From positions 27,223 through 91,222 of the forward strand of contig JAMPFV010000002.1 of NCBI GenBank assembly GCA_023664265.1: DNA of 64,000 bases, given 5' to 3'. Below, in pieces: positions 8,764 through 17,673 of this stretch. This DNA comes from Roseburia sp. Its GTDB lineage: Bacteria; Bacillota; Clostridia; Lachnospirales; Lachnospiraceae. Below the pieces are notes generated by a model. That model saw only the letters and a list, made by a program, of their open reading frames with translations. It made no database searches and was not told where the DNA came from. Every line of letters begins with the position of its first letter. Within the stretch, counting starts at the first letter, position 1. Position numbers and translations under genes: made by a program.

Positions 8764-11071
8764 AATGGGAAATATATTGCAGGGTATAAAGGATGATTAT
8801 CTGTTTGCAATTGTTTTAATATCAGAGTTGTTGGTACTGGGGTCGCTTGTGTTTTCTCTATTTTCTTCGCCCAAGACGCTTGAATTAACTCCGGCAGATT
8901 TCGGCGTTGAGAATGCCGGACTTGTTTTTGAACCTGATTCGCCGGAGGCCTCCATGGTATCGCGGGAGCTGGAGCTGACCTCCGGCGCCTATGAGGTGTC
9001 GGTTTGTTATTCCCTGCAAGGGGATATACCTGAAAATGTTACGGATATAGTGGGGCGCATAGAGCTGGATTCCGCGGGAAGCGCTGCCGCTCTGAAGGCG
9101 GGAACAATAACTCTGAATGCCGGTAAGGAATGCCGGACAAGCACCATATGGATTGGTTATGGAGCCAAGCCGGAGGACTTAAAGGTATATGTTCAATATG
9201 CCGGAAAGGGGCGCCTGGAAATCCGGAGCATGGTATTTAGAGAGATACCGTTATACCGGTTTACAAGGCTGACAGGCTTTTTATTGCTGTTTTTGCTGGC
9301 AGATGGTCTTTATATTGTATTTTTCACGAGAATCACAAATATTTCCTCCGATAAGAAAGCAAAGCTGTTGTTTTTTGCGGGTATGCTGACGGCATCAAGC
9401 CTTCCGATTTTTTGCAATAACATTTATTATGGGCATGATATTGACTTTCATATGAATCGCATTGTTTCAATCGCAAAAGAACTCTCATACGGCCATTTTC
9501 CGGTTCGGATTCATTCGGATATGCTGAACGGCTATGGGTATGCAACCTCCCTGTTCTACGGAGACACGATGCTGTATATACCGGCACTGTTATATATGGC
9601 CAAGGTTCCGCTGGGACAGTGCTGGCAGCTGTATATTCTGATAAACAATGCATTGACGATTATTTTTTCATATGCCTGCTTTAAAGAGATGGTAAAAAAA
9701 GAAAAATATGCGTTGGTGGGTGTCTTTTTGTATGTACTTGCGCCATATCGGTTGATTAACATATATACAAGAGCTGCAGTAGGGGAATTTACGGCGATGA
9801 CTTTTTTCCCTCTGGTTGCCTTGGGTTTTTGGAATATTTATACCAAGGAGGCTGCGAAGCTGAGGGATTATTTGCCGGCAGCCATTGGATTGTCCGGAGT
9901 TGTGCAAAGTCATGTGATATCGACGGAAATGGCGGCAATATTTATCGGGATGGCTTGCATCGTCAATCTGCGCCGAACGATAAAGCCGGGAATTCTTTGG
10001 TGCTTGACCAAGACCGCAGTTTTGACAGCGCTGTTGAGCGCTTGGTTTTTGGTGCCGATGTTGGATTCCATGAGTATGGATATTAATGTAACAGGGAGGA
10101 TGGGAAGAATACAGGAGCAGGGATTGTATCCCGTTCAGCTTGCAAGTCTGTTCTTTTCAGGAGTCGGTAAATCGTTAAAAAACACGACACAGGAAGAAAT
10201 GGGGTTTTCATTGGGGCCGGCGCTATGTATCGGCATAGTATTGGCACTGTGCGTATATGCAGACTATAAAATGAAAAGGATACATAATGTACTTGAAAAG
10301 GGTGTGGCGATATGTTTGGGAATGGGAATAATTGCGTTACTGTTTGCAAGCAGAATTTTCCCATGGGATACGTTGGCGTGCAGAAGTAATGCAGTTGCGA
10401 AATATTTATGTATGATACAGTACCCTTGGCGGTATCTTGCAATTGCAACGCTGATGATTTCAATAGCTTCGGCGGGGGCCTTATCAATTTTACGGGAAAG
10501 CTTGGGGACAACCAAGGTGAAAGCGATAGTATGTGCAATGGTTCTGCTTTGTATGATAAGCACGGGATATTATTATTATCATTTTACATATGAGAGCAAT
10601 ATGCTTACGGTAGTATCGGAGACGGATTGTAACCAATTTTATATCGGAGATGAGGAGTATTTATTAAAAGGAACCGAGACAGAATTGTTACAAATAAGAA
10701 ATGTAAAGCATGCTGCCAATGTGGAGGTGGCGGAATTAAAGCGGACAGAGGGGAATTACACATATATTTGTCAAAATAAAAGCGAGATGGAACAAGAGAT
10801 TCTATTGCCGATTCTGAACTATGAGCATTATGTGGTGAAGGACATTGAAAAGGGGGTTATATTTGACATTGAAAACGGTGAAAATAACTGTATGGCTGTT
10901 TTGCTCCCACCTCAATATGAAGGCGAGATAACGGTGTTATATCAGGAAAGAATGATATGGAGATTATGTGAGGCGATATCCCTTATGACTGTGGCGGCTT
11001 TGGCGATTATGGGGATGCGAAAATTTAAGCGTATTCGATTGAAGGGGAGGCATTTGCATGAAAAAGCGTGA
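8741..11071 (+). CDS. Large GT-C fold membrane glycosyltransferase (YfhO / PTPS-related-like)
   Basis: 776 aa. GHDIDFHMNRIVSIAKELSYGHFPVR (a D-x2-FH-x2-R block) followed by more than 10 TM segments and a C-terminal soluble domain. GC content is lower than in flanking genes. Confidence 0.55.
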   Translation: MQEMKTRKMGNILQGIKDDYLFAIVLISELLVLGSLVFSLFSSPKTLELTPADFGVENAGLVFEPDSPEASMVSRELELTSGAYEVSVCYSLQGDIPENVTDIVGRIELDSAGSAAALKAGTITLNAGKECRTSTIWIGYGAKPEDLKVYVQYAGKGRLEIRSMVFREIPLYRFTRLTGFLLLFLLADGLYIVFFTRITNISSDKKAKLLFFAGMLTASSLPIFCNNIYYGHDIDFHMNRIVSIAKELSYGHFPVRIHSDMLNGYGYATSLFYGDTMLYIPALLYMAKVPLGQCWQLYILINNALTIIFSYACFKEMVKKEKYALVGVFLYVLAPYRLINIYTRAAVGEFTAMTFFPLVALGFWNIYTKEAAKLRDYLPAAIGLSGVVQSHVISTEMAAIFIGMACIVNLRRTIKPGILWCLTKTAVLTALLSAWFLVPMLDSMSMDINVTGRMGRIQEQGLYPVQLASLFFSGVGKSLKNTTQEEMGFSLGPALCIGIVLALCVYADYKMKRIHNVLEKGVAICLGMGIIALLFASRIFPWDTLACRSNAVAKYLCMIQYPWRYLAIATLMISIASAGALSILRESLGTTKVKAIVCAMVLLCMISTGYYYYHFTYESNMLTVVSETDCNQFYIGDEEYLLKGTETELLQIRNVKHAANVEVAELKRTEGNYTYICQNKSEMEQEILLPILNYEHYVVKDIEKGVIFDIENGENNCMAVLLPPQYEGEITVLYQERMIWRLCEAISLMTVAALAIMGMRKFKRIRLKGRHLHEKA

Positions 11072-12761
11072 AAAAGCGTGTTTAAGCATAATCCTTTTCA
11101 TAATTTTATGTGTGAATATCCGCTTTTTGGAAATGAAAAGCGGATATTATGTTGACGAGGGCATGACGCTGTTTCTGGCGAATGGGCACTATAACGGTGC
11201 AGTTACCTCAAGATCGGAATATGGAATTGACGCTTTTATCAGAACTTATATAGTGAAGGAAGGAAGCAATCCGATTCAGGCAGTGCAGAATGTTTGGGGA
11301 ATGCTGAATGAATTGCTTCATGCAGGAAACTATAGTGTGGAGGGAACCGTTAAATGGTATGACGATGCCAGACGTATGCTTCAGGGGAATACGGAATGGG
11401 TATCGGGGGATGCGCTGCTTCGGGAAATGGTGGCGGATAAGGGAGAGCGCTTTCAATATACACAGGTTTATTTGAATCAGGCCATGGATGTTCATCCCTG
11501 CTTTTACTATATTCTGGTGCATACGGTGTTTTCCGTGTTTGCGGGAATTTATTCTGACGCCTTCCTGTTTGGCATTAATATGATATTTCTGCTGATGACC
11601 TGTCTTGTCATATATTGTATGGTGAAGGAATGTATGGAGGACGAGATTGCGGCCTTTCTTGCAGTGGTTTTGTTTGGTTTCAGTCAGGGCTTTGCGTCCT
11701 GCGCCGTATATTTCCGGATGTATGCGGTATTGACATTCTTTGTCGTGATGACGCTGTATCTCCATTTAAAGCTTTGGGGGACAGAACGGGAGTCGATTGG
11801 CAGAGGACGGAAGATTGCAATGGGAGCCACGGTGTTATTGGGCTTTAACACACATTACTATTATATCTTATTCCTGTTTCCGCTTTTCCTGCTGACCTGT
11901 ATACGACTGAAGAAAAAAAGAGCCTTGTGCAGGAGCTATATTAAGTGTATGATAGCAACAGGGCTTATCAGTCTGATAATATGGCCCTTTTCGGTATATC
12001 ATATTTTCTTTGGATATCGAGGGACAGAGGCGGTGTCAAATGTTTTTGCGGATGGTCTGCTAAAGCATCTGTATGCTTATGCGGAAGAATTTGGGAAAGC
12101 GTTTTTTTCGGGGAACGCAGGGATAGGAATTATTCTGCTGTCCGCCGCTGTAATATTTTGCCTGATGGTATGGCGCAAGAGACGGTCGGACAAAGGACTT
12201 ATAATGGGAATGCTTGTACCGGGCGTTGTTTATTTTGTGTTTATCGCACAGATAGCGCCGGTGGTATCGGATCGATATATTATGTGCCTGTTTCCATATG
12301 TGGCGGTTCTTATGGCAATAACGATATCCGGCATTATCGGCAGACTGTGTAAGGCGCGCGGGCGGATAATTGTTGCGTTGGTTTTGGGAGTGGTTTATGC
12401 AGCGATTGGTTTTTCCTTGAATGTACCGAATTATTTATATTTGGAGCAGAGGGGAAAGGAGTTGGCGCTTTATGAGGACAAAAAGGCCTATAATTGTGTG
12501 ATGCTTGGATTTGACCACGGGCAGGGATTTCCCGTAGCACGTAAGCTTTCTGAATTTGGACAGGTCATAGTGGCAGGGCAACAGGAAATTGACAATATAA
12601 CGTCCCCCGGGCATACGGATGCGGGAACGGTGGTTTATGTGTATGAGGGATTGGAGCTTTCGAAGTGCTTGGAAGAATTGGAGAAGAATATAGGCTTGGG
12701 TACGGATTATGCAGAGTTGGAGAGCGATATAGAGAGCTTCAGAGCCTTTTTGTATAAATAA
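11058..12761 (+). CDS. GT-C fold membrane glycosyltransferase (ArnT/PMT, GT39/83-like)
   Basis: 567 aa. Early loop YYVDEGMTLF and DVHPCFYYILVH (compare the D.HPPLYY signature of PMT_2-type proteins). Polytopic. Confidence 0.6.
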   Translation: MKKREKACLSIILFIILCVNIRFLEMKSGYYVDEGMTLFLANGHYNGAVTSRSEYGIDAFIRTYIVKEGSNPIQAVQNVWGMLNELLHAGNYSVEGTVKWYDDARRMLQGNTEWVSGDALLREMVADKGERFQYTQVYLNQAMDVHPCFYYILVHTVFSVFAGIYSDAFLFGINMIFLLMTCLVIYCMVKECMEDEIAAFLAVVLFGFSQGFASCAVYFRMYAVLTFFVVMTLYLHLKLWGTERESIGRGRKIAMGATVLLGFNTHYYYILFLFPLFLLTCIRLKKKRALCRSYIKCMIATGLISLIIWPFSVYHIFFGYRGTEAVSNVFADGLLKHLYAYAEEFGKAFFSGNAGIGIILLSAAVIFCLMVWRKRRSDKGLIMGMLVPGVVYFVFIAQIAPVVSDRYIMCLFPYVAVLMAITISGIIGRLCKARGRIIVALVLGVVYAAIGFSLNVPNYLYLEQRGKELALYEDKKAYNCVMLGFDHGQGFPVARKLSEFGQVIVAGQQEIDNITSPGHTDAGTVVYVYEGLELSKCLEELEKNIGLGTDYAELESDIESFRAFLYK

Positions 12762-12814
12762 TACTGGTATGTCAGGCCTGAATGATAAAATAGAGAATGA
12801 GGATGAATGCTTAA

Positions 12815-13822
12815 ATGGATAAGGACTTACGGAAAAGATGGCAGACCTATGAGAAGAGATGGCGGTTTCGTGATTTCTATTTCAACAAATGCCTGCGGCG
12901 GCATGGGATATTAAAGTATTTCCACAGGGAGCCGGTAATGCTGTATTATGCCCGCAAATGGATTCTGTCGAAGCAGAAAACAAACGACTATATTTATAAT
13001 TTAATTATGTCCGGTAAGCCTTTTCTGGTGTGCCGTTTTGGCAATACGGAGCTCCAGACGGTCGTGGGGAATTTAAGGATTAAGATTATGGGCCATTCGG
13101 AGGCGGCAGATGCATATCTGGATAAGTGGTTTACGAGGTTGGGAGACGGAGCCGGATTTTTCCCCGTGGATTATGCATATCTGGATCAATTTACCGAATG
13201 CATATTGGATGCTTACAAACAGGCGGATTTGCTTGCCATGTGGCATTTGAATATGGAGGACTTCGTCATAAACGAATATCACCCGGATGTGGACTTGACC
13301 TATCTGTTTCGTCTGGAGCCGTGGCTTGCAAACGGCAGGCCGTGGTCTGCCGCATTGAAGGGGAAGAAGGTGCTGGTCATTCATCCCTTTGAGGATACGA
13401 TACAATCGCAGTATAGGAAGCGTGAAAGGCTGTTCCCGGGCACGGAGGTGCTTCCGGAATTTGAGCTGAAAACGCTGAAGGCGGTACAGACCATATGCGG
13501 CGAGCGTGATGAACGGTTTGAGAATTGGTTTGAGGCGCTTGAGTATATGTATCAGGAGGCCTTAAAAATAAACTTTGATGTTGCGATCGTAGGCTGCGGG
13601 GCTTACGGAATGCCGTTGGCCGCGAGGCTGAAGCAGGCGGGGAAGCAGGCCATACATCTTGGCGGTGCGACGCAGCTTTTGTTCGGCATCAAAGGCAGGC
13701 GGTGGGAAGAGAATTATCCGTCCAAGATAGCGACCTGCTTTAATGATGCTTGGACATATCCTTTGGACTCGGAAAGGCCCCGGAGAGCCGGCACGGTGGA
13801 GAATGGATGCTATTGGAAATAA
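12815..13822 (+). CDS. Soluble putative glycosyltransferase, GT-D/DUF1792-like
   Basis: 335 aa. FLVCRFGNTELQ (compare RFGDGE) and VAIVGCGAYGMPLAARLKQAGKQAIHLGG resemble the GT-D family. Judged from memory only. Confidence 0.4.
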   Translation: MDKDLRKRWQTYEKRWRFRDFYFNKCLRRHGILKYFHREPVMLYYARKWILSKQKTNDYIYNLIMSGKPFLVCRFGNTELQTVVGNLRIKIMGHSEAADAYLDKWFTRLGDGAGFFPVDYAYLDQFTECILDAYKQADLLAMWHLNMEDFVINEYHPDVDLTYLFRLEPWLANGRPWSAALKGKKVLVIHPFEDTIQSQYRKRERLFPGTEVLPEFELKTLKAVQTICGERDERFENWFEALEYMYQEALKINFDVAIVGCGAYGMPLAARLKQAGKQAIHLGGATQLLFGIKGRRWEENYPSKIATCFNDAWTYPLDSERPRRAGTVENGCYWK

Positions 13823-13951
13823 ATCTGTTGAGATTGCGTGCCTTAAAACCGTTCTCCGAGCCGGGATGCCGGCAAAAACCATTGGCAAAATGAACAGAAT
13901 GAAATATAATAAAAGCATTAGGGGAATTTCAGCAGTTTCTGAGGAGAGGAC

Positions 13952-15046
13952 ATGCGACTGATCATAGACTGTTTTAAATTGGTGAAGGGCGCCGGCAAAA
14001 GCATCGGCATTTACAATCTGGCCGTAAACCTTGTGCGCGAGCTTGCAGCGGACGGCGGCACACAGGAGCTTATCGTGCTGGGCAACGCGTACAACCGCGC
14101 GGATTTTGACAGGGAGGGCATCCGCTTTGTGGAGATTAAGCGGAATCCGCTGAATAAGCTCGGCTGCATTTTTTGGGAGCTCTTTGCCGTGTCCGTGACC
14201 GCAAGGAAGCTGAAGGCGGACAAGGTACTCTTTCCGCGGGGCTACGCGTCGATATTTCATTTGACGAAGGAATGTGTTATCATACACGATATGATACCGT
14301 TTTATTATCACGAGCATTTTCCCGGATACTTTAACCGGCTCGAGAATTTTTATATTATGTGGCGGCTCAAGGCCTCCGCGAGAAGAGCGGATCAGGTCAT
14401 CACGATATCGGAGGCCTCCAAAAGAGATATTTTAAAATATTCGCATACGGCCGCGGACAGAATAACAGTGATTTATAACGGTTACAATGCAATTGAAAGC
14501 CCGCAGTGCGGGGAGGCGGAGGAGCCCTATATTCTGGCAATGACCTCCGGACTGCCGCACAAGAATGCAATCGGCATCGTCAAAAGCTACGCGGCCTACT
14601 GCCGGCTGACAGAGAAGCCCGTTCCGCTCAGGATAATCGGGATAAAGGACGTTTCGCGGTTTGGCTTGGAGCAGGATGTCTTGGCGAACATTACCTGCAC
14701 CGGATATGTGGAGGAGGACGCGCAGCTGCACCGGATGATATACGCGGCGAAGGCGTTTCTGTTCCTCTCGCTTGCGGAGGGCTTCGGCTTCCCGCCGATA
14801 GAGGCCATGCAGCTTGGCACGCCCGTGATATGCTCCGACAGAAGCTCTCTGCCCGAGGTGGTGGCGGAGGCCGCGGTCTGTGTGGATCCCGAGGATTATG
14901 ACCGGGTGGCGGAGGCGATTCAGGGTGTGGTCGATAACGTTATTGACACAGACGAGCTGTGCCGCAGGGGGAAGGCCAATGCGGCGCGGTTTGATTGGGA
15001 AAAGACGGGAAGGAGATACAGAGAGGTATTGTTTGAATGGAATTAG
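13952..15046 (+). CDS. GT4-family glycosyltransferase
   Basis: 364 aa. Carries the C-terminal block LAEGFGFPPIEAMQLGTPVICSDRSSLPEVV. Confidence 0.8.
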   Translation: MRLIIDCFKLVKGAGKSIGIYNLAVNLVRELAADGGTQELIVLGNAYNRADFDREGIRFVEIKRNPLNKLGCIFWELFAVSVTARKLKADKVLFPRGYASIFHLTKECVIIHDMIPFYYHEHFPGYFNRLENFYIMWRLKASARRADQVITISEASKRDILKYSHTAADRITVIYNGYNAIESPQCGEAEEPYILAMTSGLPHKNAIGIVKSYAAYCRLTEKPVPLRIIGIKDVSRFGLEQDVLANITCTGYVEEDAQLHRMIYAAKAFLFLSLAEGFGFPPIEAMQLGTPVICSDRSSLPEVVAEAAVCVDPEDYDRVAEAIQGVVDNVIDTDELCRRGKANAARFDWEKTGRRYREVLFEWN

Positions 15047-16608
15047 ATATATTCGCCCTGTTGAACAAAAGAATAGCAAGGCATACCAAGATCTGCTTTG
15101 TAACGGGGATGCTTGTCGGCTGGCTGACGCATTTTTACATGCTGACGCATAAGCTGGTCAACTGGGACGACATCAACAATCTCAGCGCGTGGGGCAGTGG
15201 AGATTACCTTGGCAGATGGTTTTTGAAATATATCCATGGAATCGGGAGCGGACACAGTATCCCGGCGGTCAACGGCGTTCTCTTCATCGTCTGTCTGTCC
15301 CTGTCCGCCTGCATTATCCTTGAAATCGTGCAGATACGGAGCACGGTGGGGGCGGTTCTGACGCCGATGGTTCTGCTGACGTTTCCGAGCGTTGTCAGCA
15401 CGATGACGTTTATGTTTATGGCGCATACGTCGGGAATCGGCATTTTGATGGTCTGCGCGGCGGTGTATCTGCTGCGGCGGTACCGTTTCGGGTGGCTGCC
15501 GTGCGGCGTGCTGCTCATATTTGCGTTGGGAACGTATCAGAGCTACATCAGCTTTGCGATCACCCTGATGCTGATGGGCATGATTGCGGATGTTTTTCAT
15601 GGGAAAGGGTTCGCCGAGGTGTTGAGGCGCGGGATCCTGTGTGTGCTGGTGCTGGCGGTGAGCGTGCTGATCTACATCAGGCTTTCCCATATCATCTGGC
15701 CCAACATTGACAATGAGACCTATGGCGGGGTCGGGAACATGGGAAAGATTGCAGTCAGTGAGATGCCGAGGCTGATTGGAAGATGCTATAAGCGTTTTCT
15801 GGAATATTTCCTGTGGAAGCCGTTTGCGTTTGTGAGCGCGGCTGCGCGGCGCGCGAATGTGCTCACCTGTGCGCTGGCAATCGTGCTGTTTGGCATTCTG
15901 ACGGTACAGCGCAGGCTTTATAAGGACGTTCTGACGTTTCTGTTGCTGCTTGTCGTCTGCTTTTTTATGCCGCTGGCGGCCGCTTTTATCTATTTTATGG
16001 CGCCGGAGGCGGATTACTCCATGCTGATGCTCTACGCCTACGCGTTGATTTACGTCGAGGTGCTGGCGCTGTTGGAATACTGTATGCAGGACTGGGGGAG
16101 GCTGACAGCCCCCGAGCCATGGCGGAGAGCGGCTGCTTATGGGATGGTGGCGGTGACGGCTCTGACGATATTTGTGAGCTGCTACACGGATTATCTGTTG
16201 ACCAACCGCGCGTACCTGCGGACCGATTTGGCGACGGAGCGGGTGAAGGCGTATTTTACGCGCGTGATCTCGCTGGCGGAATCAACGGAGGGCTTTCAGA
16301 GCGACGACAAAATCGCCATTCTCGGGGAATTTTACTACAGGGATAACCCGAGCAGTGTGGAGCTTGACGTCTTGGATTCGGAGGATTTGCGGGAGCTGTC
16401 AGGGGTTGCGTTGGAGAACGGGCTGATCACCTCCGGGGTGCGGGATAACTTTATCAGAACCTTTGTCGGCTATGAGCCGGCTGCGCTGGACGGGGAACAA
16501 AAGAATGCGCTGATGGATACGGAGATTTATCGGGATATGCCGGTTTATCCAGCGGACGGATGTGTTGAGAAGATTAATGATATATGGGTTGTAAAAATGT
16601 GCGAATGA
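15037..16608 (+). CDS. GtrII-like GT-C membrane protein, paralog 2
   Basis: 523 aa. Same N-terminal motif set as 6353-7885, polytopic, with a C-terminal soluble domain. Confidence 0.55.
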   Translation: MELDIFALLNKRIARHTKICFVTGMLVGWLTHFYMLTHKLVNWDDINNLSAWGSGDYLGRWFLKYIHGIGSGHSIPAVNGVLFIVCLSLSACIILEIVQIRSTVGAVLTPMVLLTFPSVVSTMTFMFMAHTSGIGILMVCAAVYLLRRYRFGWLPCGVLLIFALGTYQSYISFAITLMLMGMIADVFHGKGFAEVLRRGILCVLVLAVSVLIYIRLSHIIWPNIDNETYGGVGNMGKIAVSEMPRLIGRCYKRFLEYFLWKPFAFVSAAARRANVLTCALAIVLFGILTVQRRLYKDVLTFLLLLVVCFFMPLAAAFIYFMAPEADYSMLMLYAYALIYVEVLALLEYCMQDWGRLTAPEPWRRAAAYGMVAVTALTIFVSCYTDYLLTNRAYLRTDLATERVKAYFTRVISLAESTEGFQSDDKIAILGEFYYRDNPSSVELDVLDSEDLRELSGVALENGLITSGVRDNFIRTFVGYEPAALDGEQKNALMDTEIYRDMPVYPADGCVEKINDIWVVKMCE

Positions 16609-16666
16609 GGAACGCACGGAGCCCGCGGATAGGTGATTTGCGGCGTTCAGGGAAGGACGTGATACG

Positions 16667-17647
16667 ATGGGTTGTGACAGAACGGGCGGGACGCTCTACA
16701 TCATAGTGCCGTGCTACAATGAGGAGGAGGCCTTGGAGACCTCCGCAAAGGCGTTGTCGGACAAGCTGCGGCAGCTGAAGGAGGATCGGCTTGTCTCGGA
16801 CAAAAGCCGCCTTGTCTTTGTGGACGACGGATCCCGGGATGGGACATGGGAAATTATCCGGAGACTGCATGAAGAAAATGAGACCGTCATAGGCCTGCGG
16901 TTTGCCAACAACAGGGGACATCAGAACGCGATTCTTGCGGGGATGATGTACGCGAAGGACTATTGTGACTTCACGATTACAATCGACGCGGATTTACAGC
17001 AGGATATTCACGCGATGGAGGCGTTTATCGCGGAGTACGGGAAGGGCAGTGAGATTGTCTACGGTGTTCGCAGGTCGAGAAGTACGGACGGTCTTTTCAA
17101 GAAGCTGTCCGCCACGGCGTTTTATAAGCTGATGCGCTTTATGGGTTGTAATATTTATGAAAATTCGGCAGACTACAGACTGATGGGACGGGAGGCGCTT
17201 GAGGCTCTCTCCGAGTATGGGGAGGTCAATCTGTTCCTGCGGGGCATTATTCCGGATATCGGTCTGCAATCCTCGGTGGTGTATTTTGACGTTTTCCCGC
17301 GGATGCAGGGGAAATCAAAATATCCTCTGTCCAAAATGCTCACGCTTGCGGCGGACGGCATTACGTCGTTCAGCATCAGGCCGATACGGCTGGTGCTGAC
17401 AATGGGCGTGTTGGCGCTTCTTGTCGGTCTTGGTATGATCATACACATTGTTTATGAGCACTATTTCGGCTATACCGTGAGCGGCTGGTCGTCCATACTG
17501 ATGTCCATATGGATACTGGGCGGGGCCATACTGATTTCGCTCGGCATTATTGGGGAGTATGTCGGACGCAGTTATATGGAGATAAAGCGCCGTCCCCGAT
17601 ATTACTTCAGAGAGGTGCTGTCCGGGGAGGATACGGAGCAGCCTTGA
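16667..17647 (+). CDS. GtrB/CsbB-type GT2 polyprenyl-phosphate sugar synthase
   Basis: LYIIVPCYNEEE, VDDGSRDGT and TIDADLQ (DxD), plus two C-terminal TM helices (LVLTMGVLALLVGLGMII and SILMSIWILGGAILISLGIIG). This is the classic GtrB architecture. Confidence 0.8.
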   Translation: MGCDRTGGTLYIIVPCYNEEEALETSAKALSDKLRQLKEDRLVSDKSRLVFVDDGSRDGTWEIIRRLHEENETVIGLRFANNRGHQNAILAGMMYAKDYCDFTITIDADLQQDIHAMEAFIAEYGKGSEIVYGVRRSRSTDGLFKKLSATAFYKLMRFMGCNIYENSADYRLMGREALEALSEYGEVNLFLRGIIPDIGLQSSVVYFDVFPRMQGKSKYPLSKMLTLAADGITSFSIRPIRLVLTMGVLALLVGLGMIIHIVYEHYFGYTVSGWSSILMSIWILGGAILISLGIIGEYVGRSYMEIKRRPRYYFREVLSGEDTEQP

Positions 17648-17673
17648 GACAGATTCCAAAGAGAAGGTGCGAT

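Noticed and set aside
17509-17673. The N-terminal extension of the ORF-track entry 17509-19479.
   Set aside because: It overlaps the 3' end of the GtrB-like gene in another frame and encodes non-membrane, R/G-rich sequence. The ATG at 17674 has an RBS and starts the hydrophobic protein.
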